Shown here one piece after another: positions 38,518 through 48,050 of a stretch of DNA of 64,000 bases. Each line of letters starts with the position of its first letter. Position 1 is the stretch's first letter. The stretch spans positions 94,019-158,018 of the IMG/VR virus record IMGVR_UViG_3300037483_001116, one strand, 5' to 3'. Origin of the DNA: a virus. The notes under the pieces are model-generated. The model worked only from the letters and a program-made list of their open reading frames with translations. It was not told the origin of the DNA and made no database searches. A program made the position numbers and the translations under genes.

Positions 38518-39177
38518 TTACGCCGAAGCGTCACCTTCTTCGGGCCCATCAATGGTGTCCTGGATCTGGACGGAGACGTTGGCGCTCGTGAACGTTGAGC
38601 GCGTCGCCTGGTCTGATCCCAGGTAGCTGATGACAGTATCGCCGCGGCCAGCGTAGGACCGGAGGATGCCCTTACTGTCGGCGGCGTTCATGGTGCTGGC
38701 GTGGGCCAGGCCGACGGACTCACGGTCGGCCCAGCCGTCAGGGCCGGTGCCGGAGAACGTGAAGGCGCAGCCTTGGGCTTCCTGTTCAGCAATGACGGCG
38801 GCGACGGCGGCCTTGCTGAATTCCTTGGATGAATTTTCTTTACCGTCGGTCTGGATGAAGGCGAACATTTTGTCGCCCGGCCTGAGGGTGACGCTGGCCC
38901 GGAAGGTGGCCAGGGTGTTGCCGATGGCGTCGAGGAGGGCTGTCATACCGCTGGGCACATAGTTGTGTCGGTCGAGGCGGGTGGCCAGGGCAACGGGTGC
39001 AGCATTATCAATGATGGTGACCTGGGTGTTGAACACGGCCAAGGTGATGTAGACGGGTTCGTCGCTGTCGCTGGCGGCGAGTTTGTCGAGGTAGGCGTTG
39101 TGGCCGCCGCGAACGTCCTCGGCCAGCTCAGCCATGGATCCGGACGCGTCGGCGATGAGGAGGGTGTATACGGCCAT
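38518..39177 (-). CDS. vWA domain protein
   Basis: MIDAS motif DASGSM; TALLDAIG; TDG.ENSS.E. Confidence 0.85.
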   Translation of the reverse strand: MAVYTLLIADASGSMAELAEDVRGGHNAYLDKLAASDSDEPVYITLAVFNTQVTIIDNAAPVALATRLDRHNYVPSGMTALLDAIGNTLATFRASVTLRPGDKMFAFIQTDGKENSSKEFSKAAVAAVIAEQEAQGCAFTFSGTGPDGWADRESVGLAHASTMNAADSKGILRSYAGRGDTVISYLGSDQATRSTFTSANVSVQIQDTIDGPEEGDASA

Positions 39178-39180
39178 GGT

Positions 39181-41429
39181 CTAGTTCTCCTGACTGTCGC
39201 AGTAGCATTGGACTTTACCTGGGCGGACTATTTCCAGGCCACAATCGGGCATGCAGCGGGCCCACACGTTGCCGTGGCCGTCGTCGACAGTGCCGAAGTT
39301 CCCGGGGGCGCTGAGCCCATCAACGGGCTCGGGCGGCATGCTAGGTCGCGAAATGTCGTTCCAGGGATCAGGTTCTTCCTGTTTTTCCTGGAGTCGCTCA
39401 TTGTGAAGGGCGGCCACATAGCGGGCTACGGGTTCGTGGGTGAAGCCGGCGATTTCAATGACGCCAGAGCTGGGCGGAAACGGCAGTGGGACGAGGGCCC
39501 AGCCGCCGATGAGGTCGTCGGCCTCCACGAACCAGGGATTGTTCATGATGAAATCTTCGGTACCCCGGGGGCCCAGCTTCCAGAGCGCGGCTACGGCCGG
39601 CGGCGTCCGGTCAAGGCCAGCCGGCGGGTTGAGCCAGCCGTAGGTTTCGTCCGTCACGACTGCCTCCGAAGCTTTGATGCCAGCCACGGGCCGATGCTTC
39701 TGAGTCCTTCGCCGATGGCGTCCCACAGGCCCAGGAATTCACCAGCGGCGCGTATGTAGATGATGCCCCAGCCGAGAAGCCAAAGGGTCACGGCGGCACA
39801 GATCAGGCCACCGACCCAGGCGAAAATAGCGGTGAAGTCGAGGGTGATGGTCACGTGGTTTCCTGTCCGTGGATCCAGTTCCAGTATTTCCACCGCTGCC
39901 ACCAGTTGGCGCGGCGCCAGCGCCACCAGCGCATGTAGTCGTGGAGGATCCACAGGGTTTCGCATTCGGGGCACACCCAGTGGGCGTCAGGTTCCGGATC
40001 GCGTGGAGCTGGGCACCGGGCAATGATGGCTTCTGGGTCGCCGTGCAGGTGCGGTGCGGGGCTTGGTCGGTGGACCCATCCCACAACAGCCATGACGTAC
40101 CCCCTCCTTCGGGTATGAGCCTAGACGGGCAGCGGGGCATCCGCCACCCCCTCACTAGTGGCAGATGCCCCGCTGGTCTCAGTCGCTGGTAATCAACCCA
40201 GCGATGGCCTCATTCATGATGGCCAGAACTTCGGTCAGGCTCACGTACTCCGGGTTGTTGACCTGCAGTGCCGCACTCGGGGGCATGCCCAGGAATCCAC
40301 GGATGCCGGTCTGCGGCTGGGCCCACTGAATCCGCCGCAGCCGAGTGACTCGGGTGGCGATCTCGTTGATTCGGGCCTGGGTGATCTGCCGGTTCCGTTC
40401 CAGGACCTTCGGCAACGCCGCCAAAGTCGTGGCCAGGTTCGACTCCTGCAGATCGTCCAACAGGCCGGTGATCTGCGCCCGAGTCATACCCGAAGCGGCG
40501 GCCAAGGCCCCCAGGTCGAGCATGTTCCCAGCCTGCAGCGCCCCCCGAGTGCCGCGGGCTGAGGCGGGCATGCCCCGGACCGCGGGCGCTGCCGGCTCGT
40601 ACTGCGGCCGATAGTAGGTCGTACCGCCTTCGGGTAGCGGCTGAATGTCGCCGGTCATCGGATGTCACCGAACGAGGGAGGGGTGACCCCGTCGCCCTTG
40701 GGCCGCTGGTGGGCCGCCGGGTCCGTGGCCTCGTCGGCGTCGTCGCTGGTGGCCGGGTCGGTGGCCTGGTCCAGGCCGGCCAGGACCTTCTCGGCCAGCT
40801 CGTCGGCCTTGGCGGTGAGCCACTCGGCTCCGGCGGCGGCCTTCTCGACACCCTGTTCGGCGAGGGCCTTGCCCTTGTTGAGCAGGTCGAACTTGCGGAC
40901 GGCGGCCACGGCGCCGACGGCGATGACAGTGACGGCGGCCAGCTTGCTGATGCTTTTCACGGGGTTCTCCAGGGTTTGTGTTTTTGGTGGTTGGTGAGGG
41001 AAGGGGTCAGTCTTTCGAGTCGGGCCAGAGGGCTGCGACGAGAACCCCGGCCGCGACGACAGCGAAGGCCACGTACAGCCACTTCATCGTCTCAACTTCC
41101 TTTCTGCGAACCATCGTTCGAGGCGGGAACGGCCCCACTCTACGAGGACCATCAAGGCCGTTCCCGCTGCAACGAATAGTGCATTGGGCCAGGTCATGTC
41201 AGCTGCGGAAAAATGCGATGGCCACTGCTGCAAGGGCCACGACAATGACCATGCAGAGCAACGCCCCGGGCCAGCCGATACTGCTGACATCACACGAGTC
41301 ACCTTGGATGTCGCAGCCGGTTGCCATCAGGCCGCTCACGGCTTGCTCTTCTTCTTGCCGCGTCGGCCGGTCAGATAGCCCACCAGAAAGATGGTGAGGC
41401 TGGCAACGGTAGCAATGGCGTAGGCCCAC
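39181..41429 (-). CDS. Run of small hypothetical/membrane genes (39181-39657, 39654-39854, 39851-40093, 40179-40658, 40655-40960, 41084-41429 region)
   Basis: Tightly coupled ORFs, several hydrophobic; starts approximate. Confidence 0.5.
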
Positions 41430-41506
41430 TGGGCTGGCCAGGTGCTCATTGGGAAAGGGTCCTTTACCGGTCGAGGAGGATGTTGTCGTACGGGCCGCGG
41501 TTGTCG

Positions 41507-42181
41507 CTATCCGAGGAGAGCAGTGTCGAGCACCGTGTACGAGCCCCTGGAAATCCAGACGTACCCGTCCGGTTTGTTGCCCGGCTGGTCCAGCTTGAAC
41601 ATGGTCGACTTGGCCACGTCAGTGGCGTAGCCAGTCACACCCTCGGCGCCGAACGCCATGATCGGGTTGTTGTTCTGGTCGCAGAGCTGTGCCACCCGTG
41701 CGGTCCCGACGAAGACGTTTTTCACGTCCCGCCAGAGGAAATTAATGATCGGGATGCTCCGGTTGTTGTTCTTGATCCGGAGGTCCGCGAACTGCTGCGA
41801 GTTGGCCATGAGGCTGGCCTGTGCCCCGTCTGACATGTAGACCGAGGTGAAGCCCACTGTCGAGAACTGTTGGTTGCCGCAGTTCACCTTGACGACCGAC
41901 GACGGCTCGATGAGCTTCTTGCTGCCGTCGTCGTTGCGGCTGTACACGTCGTACGTGGTGTCCCGTTCGAACGCCATGCTTGCGCACTTGGCCTCGAACA
42001 CGACCTGCCCATCCGCGCCGTAGTTGTAGAAGGTGCCGGGCGTGGCTCCCAGGATGCGGAAGATGTCGTCGACCTTCTTCTCGAACAGGGCGCAGCCGCC
42101 GAGAGTGAGGACGGCCGTGACGACCAGGACGCCGGCCAGGATCCGCTTACGCCACCGAACGATGGCCGCAGGGGCGGTCAC
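41507..42181 (-). CDS. Putative lipoprotein
   Basis: Signal peptide with lipobox LGGC; GTGA overlap. Confidence 0.65.
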   Translation of the reverse strand: MTAPAAIVRWRKRILAGVLVVTAVLTLGGCALFEKKVDDIFRILGATPGTFYNYGADGQVVFEAKCASMAFERDTTYDVYSRNDDGSKKLIEPSSVVKVNCGNQQFSTVGFTSVYMSDGAQASLMANSQQFADLRIKNNNRSIPIINFLWRDVKNVFVGTARVAQLCDQNNNPIMAFGAEGVTGYATDVAKSTMFKLDQPGNKPDGYVWISRGSYTVLDTALLG

Positions 42182-43188
42182 TTGGTGTTCACATTCACGG
42201 CCGCGCCGGGCATGACCACGGTGCAGTTGGGGTTGGCCGCACAGGCCTGGACTGCCTGTAGCTGCAGGAGCGCCTTCTGGTACTCCAGCCATGCCGGGTT
42301 GTTGAGCAGCGACCCGAGCTTGTCGGCTGCCGCGACCTTGCCTTCGGCTTCGATCACAGCCGCCGCCGCACGCTCCACGGCTGCCTGCTTCTCGCCCTGG
42401 GCCACCAGGAGATCGGCGCTGGCGTATTCGGCCTGGGTGGTGACCTCCACCGACGGGCAGTCAGGGCTGACCCTGGTGAAGGTGGGGCCGCAGAAGTAGT
42501 CGCCGCCGGTGAGTCGACGCAGTTCCTTGGCCAGGGCCGCACCGATTTCGGTTCGGAGGCCTTCGCGCTGTACGCCGTCCACCATGATCGGTCCGTTGGC
42601 CATGCCTGACACCAAGGCGCTGGCCGGATAGTTCTTCGCCGAGTCCTTGATGGCAGTGTTCAGTGCGGGCGCCAGGACCTGCTTCAGCATCGCGACCCAG
42701 CCCGGGTCCTTGCGCTGCTCTTCGGCGCTCAGCTCCGGGTCGACGTCGGCGCCATACCCACGTCCGAACTTCTCCCACCATTGGATCAGTGGGCTGGCCC
42801 CGTCCTTGCCGTCGACGCCGCAGTGGCTGTTGAGGGCAAAGCTGGTCTGACTGCCGATCTTCACCGCGACGCCGGTGGTCTGGCCCGGTTCGGGCTTGGC
42901 TGTGACGACGGTCAGTTCCTTGGAGTCGCCGTCGGCCTCGTTGATGTACCAGGTCCGGCCGTCGATCGGAATGTAGTAGATCTTGTCGTTGATCGGGTAC
43001 ATGCTGTCCGTCTTCGACGGGATGGTGCAGTGGTCGAAGTGGTTGCCTTCCTGTGGGCCGATGTAGTAGTACAGGCCGACGTGGCTGGGGCTGGTGGTGG
43101 TGGTGGTGCAGGCGGTGGCCGTGACAACCAGCGCTATGGCAGCCAGGGCACCCACGAGGATGCGCTTGGCCTGGCCGTGAGGGTTCAC
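42178..43188 (-). CDS. SPFH/band-7-like lipoprotein/membrane protein
   Basis: Signal peptide ATAC; VGLYY..G; FCGP; coiled-coil C-terminus. Confidence 0.6.
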   Translation of the reverse strand: MNPHGQAKRILVGALAAIALVVTATACTTTTTSPSHVGLYYYIGPQEGNHFDHCTIPSKTDSMYPINDKIYYIPIDGRTWYINEADGDSKELTVVTAKPEPGQTTGVAVKIGSQTSFALNSHCGVDGKDGASPLIQWWEKFGRGYGADVDPELSAEEQRKDPGWVAMLKQVLAPALNTAIKDSAKNYPASALVSGMANGPIMVDGVQREGLRTEIGAALAKELRRLTGGDYFCGPTFTRVSPDCPSVEVTTQAEYASADLLVAQGEKQAAVERAAAAVIEAEGKVAAADKLGSLLNNPAWLEYQKALLQLQAVQACAANPNCTVVMPGAAVNVNTK

Positions 43189-44069
43189 TTCGGGTCTCTT
43201 TTCTTGTCGTTGTAGGTGCGAAGCCATGCTTCGACTTCGGCGCGGTGTCCTGGGGTGAGGAGCGATGTTTCGTCGTGCAGGTTGGTGACAGGGGTGACGA
43301 TGTGGAGCATGATCGCGGCGGCGGCATCCAGGGGTGTCTTCAGCTGCTGTTCCTGGCCTTTGGTCAGATCGCCTTTGATGGCCCAGCCTTTTTCGGCGGC
43401 TCGTTCTTTGGCGACCTGCCGGCGCCACCAGGCGATGAGGAAGTAGCCGGCGATGATGACGATGACGATGGTGCCGCTGACGATCAGTGCTTTACCCATG
43501 GCGGCTTACTCCTCGTCGCAGTCGTTGCGGTAGATGCCGGCGTCGACCAGCACCTTGGCCTTAGTCCGCTTCCGTGGCGGGGCTGGGTGAATCCACGGCT
43601 GGCCGGCGTTGTCCCGAAGGATTTTCTCGGCGGCATCGAGGGCATCTGCCGCATGGTGCCAGCCGAGTGCAACCTGCTCCGGTTCGGGGCAGAGGAACTC
43701 ACCTGGGCTCCAGACCGCAACGAGGGCATGGGCCTCTTGGAGTTGGGCCTCAAGTTCTTCCTGCCTGTCCCGTTCGGCCCGGTGTAGGGCCTCGGCCTGA
43801 GCTTTGGCCTTCTGTTCCCGGGCGAACCTGGACTTGATGCCGCGGGGAAACAGGAGGAATTTGGCGGCGGCATAGGCGGTCAGGACCGGTGACGCCAGGA
43901 CCCGGATGAAGATGTAGAAGGCCCCTTCGCAATCCTTCCATTCGATGACGTCGGTGGGTTCTTTGTCGCCGGCCGCTACCCGGTCCACGCCGTCCTGGAC
44001 TTGAAGGACCGCGATCCGGAGGTGTACGAGGGCGTTGGCGGCGAGGCCTGCCCACAGAAGTGTCTGCAT
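43185..44069 (-). CDS. Two membrane-associated hypothetical genes (43185-43499, 43506-44069)
   Basis: N-terminal hydrophobic segments. Confidence 0.55.
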
Positions 44070-44114
44070 GTGCGTGTCTTCTTCTCCAGAACGGCGTGGA
44101 TGTGGGGGATTGGG

Positions 44115-45128
44115 TCAGCCGACGGCGATGGGGATGTTGGCCTCGTCCTCATCGTCAATGAGGTCGTCAAAGACTGACCTTGAACCCTCCTCGTCGAGGA
44201 GCATGATCCGGGCCGGCTCAGTGGAAGTGACCGAGGTGACGGGAACCGGCTCGGCGGCCTCGTCTTCGGTGGTGACGACGGGGGGCTGCCCGGCGCCCTT
44301 GGTATTGGTGGTGTCAGCGGCAGTGGCAGCGTCAGCCTCGGCGGCCTTGGTGGCGGCTTCGGCATCGACCTTGGCCTGACGTTCGACCAGCTTGGCATTG
44401 ACGACGGCCAAATGTTCCTTGGTCCAGCCGCCGACGAGCTTGGCGACGGCCTCGGCGCGGGTATTGCCGTGCTGGTCGAGGCCGGCGACGTTGAAACCGT
44501 CGCGGTCGAAGCTGTAGCGGTTGTAGCCGGCCTTGTTGTAGCCCTCCTGGTCGTAGCCGCGCGTGTTGTAGCCTTCGCGGTCGAGGCCGGTCAGGCGGTT
44601 GAAACCTTCGCGGTTGTAGCCTTCCCGGTCGTAGCCTTGGCAGTCGAACCCGGCGGCGTTGAAGAACCGTCCGTCGCCGGTGTAGCGGCCGGCGGCGACG
44701 ATGTGGCCGAGGGCCTCGTTGACGGTGCTGCAGTGGCCGTTCACCGTGGCCCAGGTGACGATCTGGTCGGTGAGCCACGGCAGGACGGTGGCGAGCTGCT
44801 CATCGGTGGGCTTGGTGACCTCATACTTGCCGTCGGGGGCTTCGAGCATGAAGTTGAGGAGCTTCTTGGCTCTGGTGTTCATGGGGCTGCTCCGTGTCTG
44901 GTCCCTGGGGGTTGGGGTTGGTGGTGCGGTGGCTACCGGCCGCTGGCTGTACAGCGAGGCGGCGGCCCCGGATGAGGGCACAGCAGCAGCGTAGGCATCT
45001 CGCAGCTCCTGTACTTGTTGCATGGTTGGCCCTTGGATACGGCCGTAGTCGAGGCGCGGCACGGCATGGTACGGCGGGGCAGGCACGCCATAGTCGCGGT
45101 AGTCGCCGCCAAAAGCGAAGGACGCCAT
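44115..45128 (-). CDS. G(F/Y)(D/N)xxG repeat protein (possible internal start at ~44882)
   Basis: GYDREGYNREGFNR... repeats. Confidence 0.7.
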   Translation of the reverse strand: MASFAFGGDYRDYGVPAPPYHAVPRLDYGRIQGPTMQQVQELRDAYAAAVPSSGAAASLYSQRPVATAPPTPTPRDQTRSSPMNTRAKKLLNFMLEAPDGKYEVTKPTDEQLATVLPWLTDQIVTWATVNGHCSTVNEALGHIVAAGRYTGDGRFFNAAGFDCQGYDREGYNREGFNRLTGLDREGYNTRGYDQEGYNKAGYNRYSFDRDGFNVAGLDQHGNTRAEAVAKLVGGWTKEHLAVVNAKLVERQAKVDAEAATKAAEADAATAADTTNTKGAGQPPVVTTEDEAAEPVPVTSVTSTEPARIMLLDEEGSRSVFDDLIDDEDEANIPIAVG

Positions 45129-45131
45129 GAG

Positions 45132-45791
45132 CTAGGCCGCCAAAAGATCTGCCACGAGATTTTCCCCAACAGCCGGGGCGGCGGCCCTGACTACCACCTT
45201 CCGCGGGACCGCCTTGCGAGCTGCCGCCTTCTTCGGAGTCTTGGCGGTGTCCTTCTTCGTGGCTGCCTTCTTGGTCGCCTTCTTCGGGGCCTCAACAACA
45301 GGTTCCGGGGTGTACAGCTGGGCGACGTGGGCCGCGACGAGGGCCGCGTATGCGTCGGACCACTTGGCCATCTCGGCGGTGACCTTCTGCTCCCGAGTCT
45401 GGCCGTAGTAGTCACGGCCTTGTCGGTTGAAGCCGGTCCGGTCGTAGCCGTCCCGGTTGTAGCCTTCGCGGTCGAAGCCATCGTAGTGCCAGCCATTCCG
45501 GTCGAAGCCGGTCCAGTCGTGGCCGCTGCGGCTCCAGCCCTCGGAGGTGGGGAAGCCTTGGCGGGGGACGTTGATGCCGAAGACGTGGGCGAAGTTCAAT
45601 TCCGCTTCGCCACAGTTTCCTCGCACCGCACAGAACCGCATGGACCGGTTCATGATGTAGAGAAAAACCGCATTGAGTTCTTCGGGGGCGGGGACCCGGG
45701 GCTCGTAGGGGCCAACCGGGATGATGAGCTGCTTTCCCAGCTCTCGGGCGACTTCCCAGGTGCCCGGGTCCCCGACGACTGCTTCTGCCAT
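45132..45791 (-). CDS. G(F/Y)DRxG repeat protein with Lys/Ala-rich tail
   Basis: GFDRNG..YDGFDREGYNRDGYDRTGFNRQG. Confidence 0.7.
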   Translation of the reverse strand: MAEAVVGDPGTWEVARELGKQLIIPVGPYEPRVPAPEELNAVFLYIMNRSMRFCAVRGNCGEAELNFAHVFGINVPRQGFPTSEGWSRSGHDWTGFDRNGWHYDGFDREGYNRDGYDRTGFNRQGRDYYGQTREQKVTAEMAKWSDAYAALVAAHVAQLYTPEPVVEAPKKATKKAATKKDTAKTPKKAAARKAVPRKVVVRAAAPAVGENLVADLLAA

Positions 45792-45831
45792 GCCATGCCT
45801 CCCTGGGGGTTAGGTCGCGTCGGCGACTAGA

Positions 45832-46260
45832 TCAGGCGACACGGTCCGCGAGGACCCGCAGGACGGCGGCGGCCTTCTCCACGCTCCAGCCCCCGACCAT
45901 GTCCTCGACGGCGTCTTCACGGCTGTCGCCGTCGGCGTTGAACCCGTCGGCGTTGAATCCGTCGGCGTCGTAGCCGTCCCGGTTGTAGCCGTCGGCGTCG
46001 AAGCCGTCGGCGTCATAGGCATTGGCGCCGACGAGGGTGCCGCGGGCGTTGCGGCCGTCCGAGTCGGCAAAGCCGCCGGCCGGGGCGCTGACGCCGAACT
46101 CACGCAGGACCAGCTCGATGGCGACGTCGCAGATCTGGCCGTAGCCGTTGTCGCGGGCGGTACGGACGACCCGGTCGGTGAACCAGGGCATGTACTGCTG
46201 GAGGTTGTAGGCCGACGGCGGGGTGACCCGGTACGGGGCGGTGGGGGCAGTGACGGTCAC
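45832..46260 (-). CDS. G(F/Y)(D/N)ADG repeat protein
   Basis: YDADGFDADGYNRDGYDADGFNADG; GGAG RBS. Confidence 0.7.
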   Translation of the reverse strand: MTVTAPTAPYRVTPPSAYNLQQYMPWFTDRVVRTARDNGYGQICDVAIELVLREFGVSAPAGGFADSDGRNARGTLVGANAYDADGFDADGYNRDGYDADGFNADGFNADGDSREDAVEDMVGGWSVEKAAAVLRVLADRVA

Positions 46261-46281
46261 TGGGTTCTCCTTCTAGTCCGT

Positions 46282-46337
46282 TACCCCTACGTGGGGGTAC
46301 GTCGACCAGTCTGCGGAACCTGGGACCTCAGTGTCAA
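46282..46337 (-). promoter_or_regulatory. Sigma70/HrdB-like promoter with downstream palindromic operator
   Basis: TTGACA-18nt-CAGACT on the minus strand; palindrome TACCCCTACGTGGGGGTA at 46282-46299. Confidence 0.65.
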
Positions 46338-46366
46338 GCCCTGGGGGATAGGGGTTTCCCCTGCCC

Positions 46367-46861
46367 TCATTTGTTACCAACGGGTTGGGTCAACGTCGGG
46401 TCCCAGCCCTCGTCCCACGGGTACCGATGTTGCGGATCGGGCCACACGTACTGGGCCATCGATACATCCTGGCCGTAGTAGGCGCGGGCGACGCCGACAT
46501 GGAGGCTGCCACCAACCCGTGGAATGAAGATCCTCGACTTGAGCTTGAACCCGTCGGCCATGGGCCACTCGTCGGCTGGGATGTACTGGCTGCGGTTGAC
46601 CATGTTCATGGCGATCTGGTTGATGATCTTGGCGCCGTGCTGGTAGGGCAGGCCGGCGATCATCAGCTCCGCGGTGCAGTTCCGCTCGATCAGGCCGATG
46701 GTGTAGACGTAGTCGAATCGTTCGAGGCTGTGCTCAGTGGCGAAGACGGCCTGCATGGCCCAGCCGTTGTCCCGAATGGTGGCTTTGACCTGGTCCAGGT
46801 ATGCCTGGGTCTTGGATTCCTGATCGGGGGCCCCGATGTCGTCATGCAGCGGCTTCGACAT
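46367..46861 (-). CDS. DUF4262-like protein
   Basis: I...GWA.Q.V...YTIGL...EL...GL...Q.VWPD...RYPWD. Confidence 0.75.
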   Translation of the reverse strand: MSKPLHDDIGAPDQESKTQAYLDQVKATIRDNGWAMQAVFATEHSLERFDYVYTIGLIERNCTAELMIAGLPYQHGAKIINQIAMNMVNRSQYIPADEWPMADGFKLKSRIFIPRVGGSLHVGVARAYYGQDVSMAQYVWPDPQHRYPWDEGWDPTLTQPVGNK

Positions 46862-47438
46862 GTTCTGGATCTCCATATCCGGCGGCCCGCAGCAGCCGTG
46901 TCATGTGGTTCAACGTCATCACCCGGTACCAACGTTCGGGGGCGTCTTTTGTGCCGGGAGGCTTGAGGGCCAGGGCGAACACTTCCCGGGAGGCCAGGTC
47001 GAGGGTCCGCAGCGAGCCGGAAAATTCCAGGGCCAACGTGCGGGCGCTGTACGGGTACGGCTGGCCGTTGACCACAAACATGGGCCACTCGGCGCTGGCT
47101 GCCTTGGCCACCAGATTGTCGAAGTCGTGGGCCACCATGATGGCGTAGAAGGATCCGACGCTCTTTTCGCCCATGCCGAACGGTTTCACGACCAGAATCC
47201 CGTGATCGGCGTTGGCATTAAGGCGCTCGATGCCGGTCTCAGTGAGCCACGGGCCGATCTTCAGGGCATTGTTGCCGTACTTGATCTCGATGGCCAGGCC
47301 TGGGCAGCCGGCAACATCACCGCGGTCAAGGATTCCGGACAAGGCCCGACGTTCTGCGAATCTCCACCCGTTTTCTTGGAGGTAGTTGACGACCAGCGTC
47401 TCGGTGCTGGTGCCTTTCTGCTTAGACTTGTTGACCAT
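46842..47438 (-). CDS. Holliday junction resolvase (PD-(D/E)xK, Hjc-like)
   Basis: NKSKQKGTSTE..V..YL..NGW..AERR...G..D.GD......IEIK. Confidence 0.82.
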   Translation of the reverse strand: MVNKSKQKGTSTETLVVNYLQENGWRFAERRALSGILDRGDVAGCPGLAIEIKYGNNALKIGPWLTETGIERLNANADHGILVVKPFGMGEKSVGSFYAIMVAHDFDNLVAKAASAEWPMFVVNGQPYPYSARTLALEFSGSLRTLDLASREVFALALKPPGTKDAPERWYRVMTLNHMTRLLRAAGYGDPEHVEAAA

Positions 47439-47826
47439 CCCCAGATCCTGCCCCACCGAGCAGCCCGGAGCGTTGCAACACTGCGCGGATCCGGCGCATT
47501 TGTTCGGCGGCGTAGGCACGATGGGTGCCGAGGCCGTAGCAGTCGACGCATTTGTGGGTGGCCTCGCACTGACAGTCAAGGCCGGGTTCTGGGATCGAGC
47601 CACTGTGACAGATGGTGCAGGTGCCGGACCCGTCGCAGGTGGGGCACGACTCTCGTACAAGCGCGAGGGGTAGTCCCTCGGCTGCACATTCGCGGCAGTC
47701 TTGGACGCAGACCTCGACGAAATGTGTCTTGCGGTAGCAGTGGTGGCAGAGCTGTTTGTTGTGCGAAGAACAGCAGGCGCCAACTGCAGTTCCAGGGCAA
47801 AGCTGACACGCCTGAGTCATTCGCAC
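47422..47826 (-). CDS. Cys-rich zinc-binding protein
   Basis: Multiple CxxC and CxxCxGxG motifs. Confidence 0.55.
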   Translation of the reverse strand: MRMTQACQLCPGTAVGACCSSHNKQLCHHCYRKTHFVEVCVQDCRECAAEGLPLALVRESCPTCDGSGTCTICHSGSIPEPGLDCQCEATHKCVDCYGLGTHRAYAAEQMRRIRAVLQRSGLLGGAGSGDGQQV

Positions 47827-48050
47827 ACGATCCCGTCGTGGTTGCGGTCCTCGTACCAGCCGTACTCAGGGTCCTGGCCGGCGCGGTAGGGGCCATAGTT
47901 GTGGGCTTGGGCTTCGGCGCAGGTGTCGAACCGGGGGTCAAGGTCCTGGTTGCCGGCGCCGCTGGTCATACGGATGGCAACGAAGGCGCCAGCAACCCCC
48001 AGAATGAGGGCAACGAAGAAGATGCTAAGGAATGGGCTCTCCCTCTCCAT
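47817..48050 (-). CDS. Membrane-anchored Excalibur calcium-binding domain protein
   Basis: TM helix plus F.TCAEA.A...GPY..G.DPEY..Y.DR..DG.VCE. Confidence 0.85.
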   Translation of the reverse strand: MERESPFLSIFFVALILGVAGAFVAIRMTSGAGNQDLDPRFDTCAEAQAHNYGPYRAGQDPEYGWYEDRNHDGIVCE

